64,000 bases of DNA from Takakia lepidozioides (GCA_030704615.1 CM060732.1:40114001-40178000), one strand, 5' to 3'. Positions 22,441 through 36,222 are shown, numbered from the stretch's first letter. Made by a program: numbers and translations. The notes: generated by a model not told the origin, from the sequence alone.

Positions 22441-23113
22441 GACAAGAAATTCTGGTTGGCCCTTCAACGTTTGTACAAGCCGAAAAACGGTCAGCAAGTA
22501 CAAGCGCTGAAGACTACTAAAGGTGCAGTGGTGACTTCATCGGTTGACATTGTCAAAACCTTTGAAACTCACTACAGTATCCTTGGCAGAACTTCTAGGT
22601 CTAACAGTGATGCTGAATGGAGGGACACAGTTGGAAAAACTGTTCCTATGATTCAAAGCCCTGATGAACTGGAGTATATTTCAATGGCTTATAATGCTCC
22701 CATTAGTTCTTCTGAGATTGTGGAAGCAATTGAACATTTAAATGGATATAAAGCTGGTGGACCTGATGGTATTGTCAACGAGCTTATCAAGCACGGTGGC
22801 GATCCCATGATAGAGGCCCTAGTTCTCCTCTTTATCCTTATCTGGAAGACTGAAATGACCCCCTTTCACTGGCGACAGGGGGTCATTGTCAATCTATACA
22901 AGAAGGGTGACAGAGAAGAACCGGGGAACTACCGTGGCATCACGCTCCTCAATGCTGTTGGCAAGACATTCTGCAGAGTTATAAGTACTCGTCTCGAGGT
23001 TGATCTGGAGTCTAGAGGTTGTTTCCACGAAGGCCAAGCTGGCTTTCGGCGAAACAGGGGCTGTGTGGATCATATCTTCACTCTAAGCCAGATTATCCAG
23101 GGAAGGAAAAAAG
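22441..23113 (+). mobile_element. Non-LTR (LINE, RTE/CR1-like) ORF2 reverse-transcriptase fragment
   Basis: KAGGPDGIVNELIK...WRQGVIVNLYKKGDREEPGNYRGITLLNAVGK...QAGFRRNRGCVDHIFTL; ends abruptly at a (GA)n microsatellite, 23114-23148. Confidence 0.9.
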
Positions 23114-23269
23114 AAGAGAGAGAGAGAGAGAGAGGGAGAGGGAGAGAGATTTGCTGTGCACTAACTCATGGGAAATGGATCTCTGTCAGACTGGGACTGG
23201 GAGCGGCCAGTATCTGGGTCCTGTGGTTCACCATTATGATGAGCATACTGGTGCATAGTGTCAGGATGT

Positions 23270-23385
23270 TTGATAGCAACATATAAGTCGCAGCATCCTG
23301 TTCATCCCATTTGAGAATAGATGTTGCCGCACGTTCAGCCATCTCCACATTGCAATGGATTCTGCAGGCATTGAGCAAGGCCCTC
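23270..23385 (-). pseudogene. PLS-class PPR protein E-domain fragment
   Basis: ALLNACRIHCNVEMAERAATSILKWDEQDAATYMLLSNI is the canonical E1-E2 motif. Confidence 0.85.
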
Positions 23386-25954
23386 GCGAGCAGAATTGAT
23401 AAGAAGATTGGGTCTCTGCCGGTGCTTTGTTAGCACGCCCTCAAGGTCCAGCATTAAAGCTATTCTCTCTAGTCTCTCTCATTCTTCAAAGTGCACACTG
23501 TTTCCTCCAGCTGTGTTATCTCCTCCTCTTTCTGCCTTTTCTCTTCCTCTCTCATTTATCTTCAGCCACACCTCCTGAGACACAGACAACCTACACACCA
23601 GAATTCATTAGTGACCTGTTCAAAGGTATGAAGGAAAGAATAGTCGTACACACCTAACAATTCCTATCCACTTGTACAGTGGAGACATCTGGTTGAGATG
23701 AAACCAGACCTTTAGGTTTCTTCCAAACACAAACCTTGTGCTGAATGGACACCAAGCAGAGCACATATAACCTCATCCAATCTGGAGAAGGCTCATGAGT
23801 AAGTGGTATTTGTAATCAAGAGATTTGCTCTTGTGGGATGACAGAGTATGTCATAGATGGGAGTACACGGAACCTCTTGCTGAATCATTCGCCATTACTG
23901 TACATGGTCTAGTTTTACTCACTTAAACCATAGACCCACAGCATACAACCCACCCAGTTCAACATTGATGGCCAGCTCTCAGTCATGCTGATCTGAGCAC
24001 AGGTTACGTTGGCAGTAATGTGCGTTGGTATGAAACTTGATTACAGTGGTCAAGCTAATTAGACCGCCACTGCAAGTCACCTAGTGATGCCCCAATAAAA
24101 ATTAGACATAGGACAAGAATGAAACATAGGAAAAATAGGCTTCACCAGCTGTAGCTTTCACATGGGAGTTCAAACGATGGGGCATTTCTGTTGCTCACCG
24201 AGAGACCTCCAGCTATGCCACACCGTCGGGTTCCCTCATGAACGGCTTCTTAATGAACACCACTCCCATTTCCAAGTGGACAGAAGGCCACCAACTCTTC
24301 GGGTGATTTGCTTATGCCTGCCTCAGCTTCCCTCAAACAACCCTGCAGCCCCTTCTCACATTCAACCTTCTCCCCAACAGCACAACTGCGAAACAATGCA
24401 GAACCACTCTTTACTTCCACCAAATAAGAATTCCATTGTCATTTCACAATTAGAACAAATTAGTAACTCATATGATCAACCGAGTGAATAAGGGAGGGAA
24501 ATGTCACAACCATTAAACATTAAAGGAGCATCTAAATTCCTCTCAAAGTCAGGAAAAAGTGTCTACTCACAAACATCCAAAACAGTGCGTCTTGATGCTT
24601 GAAAGGCACTCAACACCATTACGGTCCACAGACGAATTATTTCGTCAGGGAGTCACATGTAGAAGGGGTGCATTGTGAAGTCCAAGATACATACTCGGTA
24701 TTGGGTCTCATGGCTGTGACACAGATCTCGCCTGCATAGAATCCAGGAGGCTGTGAAGCTGGCACATCCACAGACACCCATAAGGGTGATGTCTCTCTGC
24801 ATCATCAAGGAACTTGAAGTCAGCGAAGGAGCGCAAGAGTGACAAACATCAACATCTGAGAGTCTTATGAGCAAAACATCAAGGATGGCGAACTGACAGA
24901 AGGCGCACCCAGGTAGCAAGCCGGCTCGTGATGTTGGCAACCCCACGGGAATGACAGCATCAGGCACCCCCAGCACAGGCACCACCCGGCGCAATGTCAC
25001 CTCTTTCCCCGCTTGCAGCCTGCCTTGATGCGGTCACAGTGAGAATAGGCTTGCCCTCCCCCCAGTGTAGCTCTTCCACACATTCGAGCTGATGCTATAG
25101 AAAAGGACTTCTTGGAGGTCAAGAAACAGCTTAAAATACAGCTTAATATACAGCTCTCCTCCAGTCCCCCTCCCCTCCTTTTTAGTCTATGGCACAAAGG
25201 CTATAGCAACTAAAGTCTGATGAGTGCATCCATCACTTTCCATTGCAATTTATTTCATATTAAACACTCTGCAAGAAACCAAATGTAGGCTGCAACAAAG
25301 AGCCCAGAATGCAATTCTCAGTCAAAACCAGACTAGTGCTTACTTGTGACCAGAGCTGCTGCGGAGATCTGAACAATGTATCTGGACATGTCCAGCCATT
25401 CGATCCCCAGTCCAAGATATTTTGGGGCGCAATGCAATCTGTGCACTCTCCCTTTCATTTGCCAACAAAGATATCTGGCCACAGAAACGCCAAATGTGGT
25501 CTGAACTTCAATTCTCTCATGCAAAACAAACGGACTTGAAAGTGCCAAACAAACACTTCACAGAAAGAAAGAGGAAGTGAAAGCTCGAAGTGTGTCAAGG
25601 CAATATCAATATATCACTGAATCCAATGTTTTTCATGGTAAAGCAATGCCTCTCACAGGTAACCTTTTCTTTCAAAGGAAGACCCTGGTATTCATCTCCA
25701 GGAAAGCCCAACAACCATTATAAGAAATTTCCAATTGACTCCTATATGTCCTGGTTTCTAGTCACAAAATCTGGAAGCTATCTTAAGATTCTGCTTCTGG
25801 GGCCTGGGCTACAGAAGACTTGAACAAAATCCGGCTGTAAATCAGCCCTGGTCAAAGTTATGAATGCCACTACAAGAAATGGTTGTGAAAGAAGTTTCCG
25901 CTTGCTAGTAACGCGGGTACTGCGTACTCCAACAACAGTCCTTCAAAATTCGAT

Positions 25955-26165
25955 TGGCACTGACCTGTTCTAAGGGCCGAGGGGTCCAATAGTTTGGCAT
26001 ACACCAAACGTGCAACAAATCAGCAGTAGGTTGTCGGGACACATCGATCACTCTAGCTATGGTGACTGAACGTTTTAAACTGGAGTCATTCCAGCCATAC
26101 CCACTGCCACCTCCCTCAACTCCTTCAACAGGCGGTGGAGCTAAATAGTCCCCATTGTTCTGCAT
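25955..26165 (-). pseudogene. First-exon fragment of a DUF4091/GH123-like plant gene (At1g45150-like)
   Basis: PPVEGVEGGGSGYGWND...PTADLLHVWCMPN..TPRPLEQVS resembles the recalled N-terminus VPVEGVAGGGTAYG.ND...PTADLV.VWCMP...PR.LE. Internal deletion; no downstream exons recognised. Confidence 0.65.
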
Positions 26166-26330
26166 TCTTGGAAAGGTACCTGTAGTCCCATGAAGATGTT
26201 CCAAAATCAGCATAAGTATACACTTGCCCAAACGGCAAAGTGCAATTTGGCTGTCCAACATGAACCTGGTCTTGAAAGACAGAAATTATAACTCAAATGA
26301 TTGGGGGAGTGGAGGGCAATGGAATACTTA

Positions 26331-26846
26331 TGGAGAGGGACAGTGGGGGGGAAAGAGGAAGGAGACAAGCACACACAATTAAGCACATACCATCATACCT
26401 GGTCAATGTTGTCATACTTATCTCAACACCCTCCCATTCAATGGGATCATTATGGCATTGTGAAAGGCGAATGACACGACCAGGCTTACTGACATATTTT
26501 CCCAAACACCTCCAGGAAAGTCGATGAGTCCCTCTGGCTGCTTTTACGGCCTGTCTCAGCAGAAATGGGGTGTAACCTACTCATGTAGACTTTTCCAATA
26601 TGAGCCTGTCCATGCGTATGTATTCCCTATATATTCTTCCCTCGTGTCTTCTCTCGTGTATTCTGATATGGCTCTTTCCTCGTTGTTTACTTTATCCCAT
26701 GGTCCCTGGGACCCCCTTTCAATGTAATCAAGTTCCATCCCTTCTTCTCATGCCATGGCCCCTGTCTGGGGCAATGCGCTTCTCTTTTTCTTCTGAGGAC
26801 CCGAAGTGTGTAGCAGTCTACCTGCATGAAGTCTTCGGGCATTCCT
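26331..26846 (+). repeat. Segment duplicated (direct orientation) at 50037-50470
   Basis: TGGAGAGGGACAG...CCATCATACCTGGTCAATG...GTCTACCTGCATGAAGTCTTCGGGCATTCCT is shared; 27492-27536 also matches ~50495-50538. Confidence 0.85.
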
Positions 26847-27664
26847 TTATGTTGTCTGAAGTGGTTTCTTGTTCTAGTTTGCCTCACGGGTCCCTTGGAC
26901 CCCCTATGGACATTATAATGCTAGAGACTTTCTTTCTTCTATCTCATGATGTCTGATGAGTACATTGTTCTATCTCATGGGTGACTACTCACAGTGCCGT
27001 CACTTGGCACAGGGTATAGGAAGCAAGGTCAGATAAGTAAATCTTTTCTGATGGGTTGTCCCAATTGATCTTAATTTGGATAGCAAACAACAGTCTCATT
27101 GTTGTTATTCGGCTGTGATAAAGTACATGTCTGAGAAGATTCCCAAAGACACCCTGAGCAAGTCACGGGTCAACAGAGATGTGTATCGTCGAGAGAGTAA
27201 GACAGATCAAACTCGTCATCCGTTCAATTAGGGGTTGAGGAATCTGCATAAACGCATGGTATGGAGGATAGACACCTTGATTGCCTGTGTCAGTTGGCTC
27301 GTACCACCACTGGCCAAGGCACATGTCTTCTCTATAGGTGGTTTTGGGTTCACTTCTACATTGAGCAGAAGGAAATAAACTGGGGGACTTTTGGGAAGCC
27401 AGCAAGTGCAAATTAGCTGAAAAGAGGCTGTTTATGCATGGGTTTTTTAGTCTTTAGGTAGCCAATCACATTATTTTACTGCTGGCATGTAGCAGGATTG
27501 CAACCACAAACACAAACAGTAACTCTAACGCGGCCTGGAAGTGGTGTCTGAACTGGGAAAATAACATTAATTTATCACAAGAAATCAGAATTTTGTTGAA
27601 TTCGGTGATATTTGCATTCCATCATATATCACAAGTAGTCTCTCCTAATTGAGACTATCGTTTA

Positions 27665-27830
27665 ATGCCCCCCTTGGTGTTTATCCCTGCATACCCCCCG
27701 TGGTGTTTATCCATGCATACCCTCCAAGGTGTTTATCCTTGTAAACTCACCGTGGTGTTTATCCATGTATACTCTCCGAGGTGTTTATCCCTGTATATCC
27801 CACTTGGTGTATATCCCCTGTGGTCCCACT
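27665..27830 (+). repeat. Minisatellite, about 6 copies of GGTGTTTATCC(A/C)TG(C/T)ATAC-like ~25-bp units
   Basis: Repeated (T)GGTGTTTATCC core visible directly. Confidence 0.8.
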
Positions 27831-28407
27831 TTCCCCACCGACCTGAGAATCCCCGGCATCCAAACTTTTCCCCTATGTGTAGACAGGGGATTTGGATTAT
27901 ATCTCCCACAGAGGACACACAAAAAGATTGTTGTGTAGGTGCCAGACAAACACAGCAAAATAAGTGAGAAGCAAGCCACTCGCCAATGCATTTGATATGA
28001 AAGTGGCGGTTGCACTTGGGCATTGAGCGCACTTCTTCATTCTCCTTTATATCTTCGAAACAGATGAGGCACTTCGCCTCCGGCATGGTTTAGGAGTTGC
28101 TCGGGAATGTGGGGATTGACTTCCGGATGGATCGCAGCTCTTGCGCACCAACATCTAGTACAACATGCGGCTTTGCTCTAGTCGCGGGAACCCCTTGTGT
28201 TCCATCGCTAGCAAGTCTTGCAGTTGCACCGACATCTAATACAATCTGCGGCTCAGTTCTAGTCGGAGCCCCTTGTACATCATCGTCTGCAGTTATTATA
28301 CAACAGAGCAGTTTTACACAACACCATAGCAAAAACAAAGCCATCATAACTCCAAGTACAACAAATGGAGAGTCTATCAGGTGACCAGTTCTATCCTGAG
28401 GCTCCAT
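27733..28407 (-). pseudogene. ATL-type RING-H2 paralogue B, premature stop before the RING
   Basis: MEPQD...PFVVLGVMMALFLLWCC (TM), duplicated V(V/L)LDVGA motif, SIPTFPSNS* (TAA at 28090-28092, Gln in paralogue A), then in-frame KCLICFEDIKENEEVRSMPKCNRHFHIKCIGEWLASHLFCCVC. Confidence 0.85.
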
Positions 28408-28483
28408 TAGTGGAAGCTTCTTCACTATGCTAGCTGCTTATGAATTTGCGCCTCTCAACTTCTAGTTTATTTGAACCAGCCCA

Positions 28484-28830
28484 AGTCTTGAGTTATATGC
28501 ACTACTGGAAGCCAATCTACTTAAGTACCTGATCCAACTGCACGAAGGAGACAACAGAGATGTAAACATGTTGTCTCCAAGTCTTGAGTTATAAGTGTGC
28601 TCAGCATGCACTACTTGAAGCCAATCTACTTAAGTACCTGATCCAACTGCACGAAGGAGACAAGAGAGATGTAAACATGTTGTCTCTGAGACCACTTAAG
28701 TAGTGTACATTGTGAGTTAAAAAAATAGTCCACTTTTTACTATACTTTTCTCTTAATTTGGGGTAGTGTACATGTGTGTTCAAAAGTAGTCCACCTTTTA
28801 CTCTATTTTTCTCTTAACTTGGGGTTACTA
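28484..28830 (+). repeat. Tandem duplications upstream of RING paralogue B
   Basis: About 100-bp unit AAGTCTTGAGTTATA...GATGTAAACATGTTGTCTC occurs twice (28483-28577, 28579-28686); TAGTCCAC(T/C)TTTTAC... also occurs twice. Confidence 0.75.
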
Positions 28831-29845
28831 ATCATAGACGACTTTAATTGCCGGAAAACCCGGTTGGTTGGAAAAGTAGTGAATGTCTTCGGTAACTGTT
28901 CATAAGCCTCGCGCAAGTGAGTCACCTATCTCTGCCCAAGTCCACGCCTTCAAGGTTGGTCGTGAAAAAATATGATTCTTAGGTAGGAGTTCGTCTGGCC
29001 AACTCACGGCCGCAGAATGAATCCCCATAGGAAAGCAAGGGAATGGGATCCCGACGGTTTGGAGCTTGTAGAAACGAAGGGAGGGATTGATGGTGAGTAT
29101 CAACTTTCATACCGAAACCCAAATCGAAAAGAGGTCGCCACATGCATGAAGTAGACATCACAAATGAGCAACCACAATTTTTAAATGACCTTTGAAGAGC
29201 TGTCAAAAGGTTGATTGAACGAGCTACGGAATTACGGCAAGATGTGGCTCGAAACAAGCAAAGCCTGAAGATGCAGCAGCAGCCATGCTGCAATGCGCAG
29301 GACATGAACAAACTGAATGACCTCATCTACTAAGAAGACTCGAGTCCGACAAACAGGGATACTAACGAGAACCAAGCCACATGGGATTTTACACCTCCTT
29401 AGATCATGGTTATCTCTTGTACAATCATCTCATTTGGGTCTTTCAAGCAGATCCAAGCTTGGGAATATTTTTCAAGTGTCACTCTTTTGGATTAGGTTGG
29501 GTCAATAAAAACAATCTCCGAGCTAAGGTTTTTAATTTCCTTATCAACAACTCCCAGTCTATGAAGAAAAAGTGGCAATGGGCTTGATATAATAACCTTA
29601 TCCACTTCATCAAGGGGGGAGAACACTAGGAGTAATGTAAAAACTTAGTGCACACATGCAATCTCTAAAAGGGCGGTATGGCCAATATCTGGCATGTCAA
29701 GTCTTTCTCACCATCTCTCCAGAGTGACATGAATCTGAAAGGAGTGTAACTCCACTATGTGTAACTCACATTGGATCTCGAAATTTGACTGTCCAAATTT
29801 GGCCAAGTATAAAATGTATTAAGAGGAGTTGCACAAGACATAGGG

Positions 29846-30970
29846 TAACGTTAGAATGAAAGCAGAGTGTGTCTTTTTTCACAAGAGGGGATTTGAATGG
29901 AGTATGATGAATGTTTGGGTATCCCATACCATTGTACAAGCTGCCCCCTATGGCATTTGAGTTTTTGCCATACCCACGCCTAGGACCAGGGTATCTCAAA
30001 ATTGGAAATACCCATACCCAGCTTATAACCTAGTACCTGGCCAGTCCTAATCTACACTGGGCCCTACCAGTTGGACCCACCAGCCAAGTTGGACCTACCA
30101 GTACAACACTGGTTTGAACGGATAGTCGGCAGGGAGGCGCAGCGTCAGCTTATACGCTACTCCCTCAAAACAGTGCCACTGCTGCCATTAATAGTGCCAA
30201 TCCATGCTTGCAAATATATTGTCACCTTCTAGAAATGCTGATATGCCAGGGTCTCCACATGTCTGCACAGACCGGAAAGAGCATGGTCTGCATCAGAGCA
30301 ACACCCATTGGAAATATGTTGTCTAACTGCCCTTCCTAACTCACAAGTATTTTCAATGTGATAGGTAGTTTTTGCTGTCCACTAAATCACCAAAGCCAAG
30401 CTGATGACCATAAAAACATACACAAGTTTCCACCCAATAGTACCATGTCCCATGATTCATTATTCGGATGTATGCTTCCCCAAAACAAGGACACACTTAT
30501 TCGTGTAGTTAACTATCCATGGATGCATCTTGTATTGTTATTCCATTGACGTCCTTGCATACATGCTCACCTTGGTAGCCAACATCCATCGTTCACTCAA
30601 AGCTTCCCTTCAGTCCCTGGTCTACCAGACACCAACAGTGGGCAGGTGTTCCATGCTCTCTACCTGCTCTCCTGATCTTTGTTATCATACAGGAGGCCAG
30701 TCAGAACAAATAGTTCTGGAAGAACTCGCCACCTGAAATGATAAGGAGAAGCTGGCCGCCAAACATGACCACCGTGCGCTGCCATAATCTCATCTCTCCT
30801 ACTGTGGAACATGTTCTAACACCACTTGCAGCAAGCCAACTTGCCCTTCCGTGTCACTTGGTACAGATACCCCAGGCTCGTGCCGACTGTGACCTACAAC
30901 AGCTTCCCCGTGACCGTGGGGTCAAACTGGGCACAAACTGACATGGCACCTGCTCGACCCAAGGCGATGC
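29846..30970 (-). pseudogene. Inverted partial genomic duplicate of the UBC19/20 gene (parts of introns 1-2 plus exon 3), frameshifted and interrupted
   Basis: Reverse complement matches ~55650-56740. TCGDPGISAFLEGDNIF...PADYPFK breaks at ~30113, and PLVKKDTLCFHSNV resumes at ~29890 after a ~220-bp insert starting CAGTGTTG. Exon 2 is not recognisable in the copy. Confidence 0.88.
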
Positions 30971-31776
30971 TCATACTGTGCTCATACCGTGCATCAAGAG
31001 ACCGTGCAAATTTTCATTTAGCTGTAGAGCATTTGCTTGCATTGCATATGGACGCTTGAGAGGTCTGTCTTTGTCCTTCCTCCGCTCTCTCTCTCTCTGC
31101 CGTTTGTCCATGCATTGCATTTTGTATCTATGTCTGGCAAGCCTCAATTGCATTCAATCCCACGACTTCCAACTTAAGAAATTGCTGCAATGAAACTGCT
31201 GAGCACTCACCTTCATTCATGGGAGTTTTTATCTAGTTTATGATTGCGGTTGTGCATCATTTTATACGGTGTTGGGTAATGGTTTTCCTTGGCCCCTGGA
31301 ACTAGACCCAAACATCAGGACAGTTTGCTTGATGGCAGGATGAAGAGGTGAAGAAGCATAAGGAAGAGATGGTTTCAGGATGGTACAAAAGAGGCAACAA
31401 GTACATGGTGGCAAAGTCTTCCCATTTTCTGAGACGATGTTTGCTTGACAGCAGGATTCGAAGAGGTGAAGAAGCATTCATATGGTCCTCTCCATGTGCA
31501 GTCTTAGATCCTCTTAATTTAATTAAAATCTCCTCGGGCCACTCTTTCCCTACTACACTCTACATCCAGGGCGTAAGATCTATATCCCAATGCTTTGTAG
31601 AGACTGATAGAGGTGCCCATCCTCTTTCTATATAAAAGGGGTGGCTCTGGATTGTAGCAATATAGTTCATGTCACTTCATGCTAATCTTGTCGTTTTTCA
31701 AGTACCATACTGAATATCACGTTTCCTGAAGGGGTTGCTGCTTGGAATTGGTCAGAACCGTAGTCAACATGCAGTG

Positions 31777-33918
31777 TGTATGTGCACTGCCATGCTGACA
31801 TAGGGGAGCCTTGGGTGGATTTACAGAGGACTTGAGCAAGCAAGCATGGAGGCTAAATTGGGGGCTAAAATTGACCCACAACTTATTCTAGGCTGCTTCT
31901 AAGTCCAACCAACACACAGGAGAGGAGAAACAGGTGGTTGATGGATACATGCTTGTTTTGGCAGCGTGCAATACTGTAGTCAGGGTCAACATATCCCCTA
32001 CAGGCCAGCTTGAAATGCAAGCCGCCAATTCTGAGCGAGGTGTAGGATTAATATAGTATCAAGGGGAGTCTCCGGATGAGCGAGCTTTGGTATTTATCAG
32101 CGGCTGCGGCCTATGGCTATACACCAATGGAGCAGACTGCAGCCAGCATTGTGATAGACGTTTTGGGTGAAATGCAGAGGTAATTGTGTACTTTTACCGT
32201 CTCCAGACTAGGTTTTGACTTAGAGATGCCATTACCACGTTTGAATTCCACTGTGTTGGCGTGCAGCAACACATTGGCCTGGAGAACCTGGCCCACCAAT
32301 ATGGCTGTTTTCTTCCCTTTTCTTTTGCCCCCTTTAATTCGATCTGCAAACACAGGCACAGGTTTCGTGGCCAGGAGGCCATGCTTACAAAGTCTTATGA
32401 CGACATTTCTGCTATGTCAGAAATCTGAATGAAGACCTGAACAACATAGACACTAGTACCAGCATGCAGAGAACCACTAAGGTCAAAGAACTATGTCTGT
32501 TAGGATATGTCCATTGATTGAACATATTGTCACTGCAGACAATCATGGGTCACCGGAACTCCTTTCGTGGATGTAATTTAGGATCTCTTGTCTCCTTCGA
32601 ACTTGTAGTTTTCCTCCTTAGGCTATATACAGTTTGTTATACCAGGTTCACGTTACCACAGAAGACAGGTGCCAGCTTGGATTTTGGCTTCCGAGCTATG
32701 TTACTGGACAAAAGCTCCTGGGCTACGCTTCTTTCTGCTACCTTGGAATTACAAAACTTCTCAATGGGAAATGGTTTGGAATTATTATCATGTGTATATC
32801 AATGGGATAAGTTGTCTCATATATATGAGTTCAGAGTTAACTAGGCTCTCACATTGAGATATATATAAGATATCGTAAGTGCAAGGGAGCTGTTCGATTC
32901 TCCACTACACAGTTCGTCAATTTCAGCTTTTGTGTTAGCCAATGGTTTATTATCGGTGCTCAACAGGTATGAAGTCCTAGGGATGCACATGTCAGTAATA
33001 CTGCAGTGCCCAGGATGTGACCATCAAACTGCTGGTAAAGGGCGCGGATACGGAAGTCCTGGACATTATTCGCTCTTGTGACGATTGGACATATTGGCGG
33101 GAAGTGGTATCTGCAACAGGAGTGCACCTTGCCCGGTATGCCCGGGGAGGTTTGCGAATTATGGTTGTAGCTACGAGAGAACTAACACAAAAAGATAAAT
33201 TCACCCATCAAGAAATTCTTCTATTTCTTACACCTCTCTCACCCTTTCCTAATGTTCTGCAGTCTTGCATTTTACTCTGAGGTGCTTTCTTCTCCAGTTT
33301 TTGTGAAAAATCAAACGAAAGTACGTACCAAGTCTGAAGGCTACATGCTGTATTGGAGTGTTATTCTCGCTTGTAACTGAGTGATGTTACGTACGTACTT
33401 TGAAATTGTCGTGAATCTTTTGCTTGATGGTTTTAGGTGGAAGACTGGCACTTTCACTTTGCCAAAGCAAGCACAGCGTTGAGGGGCATGCTACGGAATG
33501 CAGCAGCGCTGGTGGAGAATGTCAATCTCAAGCTTTTGGGGACCACTGGAATTGAGGACAAGCTACAGGTATAGTTGCTCCAAGAAATATTATGATCCAT
33601 TGGGATTCGCTGACTGAACATTTCAAGTTTCAACAGTGGCCTTTTTGTGGAGGTTGCGAGTTGTTTGAGTTTGTTCTACTATCGGGGCTCTTGGATGTTA
33701 GTAGCCTGGCATAATTTAAGGAAAATACTGGGTTGTCTCATAGCAATGTGACTTGTCCCTGATGTTGTTGTGTTTGACAAGTTGACATGTATGTTGTGGC
33801 AACGGGAGGTCTGGAGAAGGTAAATTGTGGGTCAATTTTAGCCCCCAATTTAGCCTCCATGCTTGCTTTCTCAAGTCCTCTGTAAATCCACCCAAGGCTC
33901 CCCTTATGTGCACATACA
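31777..33918. mobile_element. Candidate Pack-type element: ~95-bp inverted repeats (31777-31883 / 33824-33918) enclosing ALA exons
   Basis: GGGGAGCCTTGGGTGGATTTACAGAGGACTTGAG(C/A)AAGCAAGCATGGAGGCTAAATTGGGGGCTAAAATTGACCCACAA is present in opposite orientations. No TSD recognised. Confidence 0.5.
31940..33568 (+). pseudogene. P4-ATPase (ALA-type phospholipid flippase) internal exons, degenerate
   Basis: LAACNTVV, YQGESPDERALV..AAAAYGY, YEVLGMH, KLLVKGADT, YARGGLRIMVVATREL and LKLLGTTGIEDKLQ, with introns between them; stops and indels; no N- or C-terminal exons. Confidence 0.88.
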
Positions 33919-34107
33919 ATAGTTCCTCGGGGCACCTCCATTATGCTATAATGTTTTACATGAGAAGAGAAAAAATATATTTTCTTAAGAGTAAAAATAC
34001 AAAATAGAAACCCAATGCCCATAGGCCCTTCCAAGCTCCAGCTATCATTCATTTCCTTTGAAATCCTAAGCCCCTCTTTGTTGTACGCGATGCTCCAAAG
34101 CGGAAGC

Positions 34108-34345
34108 GATGTGATCTTGCAACGACCTCTCAAGTGTGCTTTTGCTGCATTATTCAAGACATAGTCAACACGTGAAATCCAATCGCAATTGGAAGCAGGT
34201 GTGCCCGCTGAAGAGGTAGTGGTGAAGACAGACTTGCCTTCCATGCGTGAACATGTAGCAATTTGGATGTGGGAGGCTTGGGTGTAGGTGAATGTGCATA
34301 CAGACATGATTGTCTTTGGATGGGCACACAATGTGGGATTTTACG
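34108..34345 (+). pseudogene. Tc1/pogo-like DDE transposase C-terminal fragment
   Basis: DVILQRPLKCAF...QLEAGVPAEEVVVKTDLPSMREHVAIWMWEAW...MIVFGW (after the QPxD motif: P.K, W...AW); in-frame stops; acidic tail follows. Confidence 0.6.
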
Positions 34346-36222
34346 GGCTTTTGAGCATACTTTCCAAGGAGAAGCTATGTGAGCAAATTTTGTTCACAAT
34401 TTGTTTGTAGTGAATGATGATTTGGTGGACGGGAATGTAAGACACTCAGGATATCCCTGATATCTACCTTGACCTTAGTGTAGAGGAAACTATGTGTAGA
34501 TGTCTTGCAAATCTGCACATTGAAAATGAGGAGATCCTTGATCTCAATGTGGTGGACGAGGTAGATGGAGAGATCATGATGATTAGCGAGGAAGATGAAT
34601 ATGATGACATTGTAGAGTCCATGCAGGGGCCTTTCGAGATTTGTAGGAAGTTATTTCCGCAGGCATATATTTGTTCAATGAAATTTTCGTTTTTTTTCAT
34701 CTTATTTTCATCTTATTACAAACAACATGAGAAGAGGCTTGCAAGTTTTTTGCTGGAATTTTTAGGAATTAGGCACTTTGGTCCCGTAGTTTCCGAAGAA
34801 TTAGGCCAAAATCTGAAAGATTCACAGAATTGGTTAGGCACTTTCATTTTGAAGTAATTATCGCCTAAACGGTTGTCCAGGGACGGTAATCCCAGATTAT
34901 GGAATCTGTCCCCCCATACTTTATGGATCTATTTTGGGCACACGATTTTCAAACTTGGGCAGCGAGCTACAATGACGTGACAATGAAACCCTAATGGCAA
35001 CGCAAAGGAGAAACGGGCAATCTCGAAAACGGGCAGCTTTGTTTCTTACGAAAGGTAAAGCCCTCGCCCAAAGACTTTCCTGGATTTGAGGCACCTGTCC
35101 CCAGGGCGGAGACCTCTTACAAAAACCCCTGATTTTTTAACATACATGTAGACTACTTAACCCCTAAATGTCCATACCTCTTTTTGGACTTTTGCTCAAA
35201 AAGGGTACATACCCTGACACTATTGGATGTAAGTTGCAGGAAACAGTCATCTGAGTGGATGAACCATACATCAAGAAAGTTAAGGTCATCATGCAGGTGG
35301 TCAGAATTTTGCAGCTGATTTCACCGTCTCAATCAAAAGATTATAGGAAATGAAAATGGTGAATTTTTCAAGCCCACCAAAAACTCCACCTGCATATCAA
35401 GTTGACGAACTGTTTGCTCTATGATTTAATTTTTTTCCTGCCAAGGCACCACCACAGACTCATTGCCTACCATGTAACGAACCTACTCTCCAAATTTGGA
35501 ACCCAAATTCCATGTTTCTGGGTGGGTCCCTTTGTATGTGAAAAGTAGTGGGTACAAAACCCAAATTTCACCGGGTGCGTGGCCAAAATGCAATGGGGGA
35601 TTCAAAGTGAAATGGAATTTACAAAGGTCAATCTATAGCATGGAAGCATTGAAAGCCACAGGAAAAACCAGATGCAAATGTAAAAAACTCCACCTAGGAT
35701 GGAGTATATAGTGAAATTCCAACTCAAGCTAAATTTCCAACCACCGGGGAAAAGAAGCCGCTTTTCAGGGCCCGCCACGTATGCTGGTCAACCCCCATGG
35801 AAGCCCTCCCCACCACGACCCCCCTGCATACGGATTTTTGTATCTGATAGTGCATGTACTCAATGGGGCCAATATTAAATGCATTGGATTCCTCTATTCA
35901 AGGGCTATAGTTTCTATTGAGGGCCAGACCTCATCGGAAGTCATCCACAGCAGCTGTGGGACTTACAAAAAAGGTCGCGTCCTTGAAGCAACCCGTTTCG
36001 GGTCGCGTGAGCGTTTAGGGATTAAGTAGTCTCAGAGACAACATGTTCACCATCTCTCTCGTCTCTCTCGTGCAGTAGGTACCTAAGTAGATTGGCTTCA
36101 TGTAGTGCATGCCACAAGCACACATCAAAGTCAAGACTTGGGGTTGGAAATAAACTACAAGTTGAGAGGCATGAATCAATTAGTAGCCAGCATAGATGTG
36201 AAGAATTAAGAAGCTTCCAATC

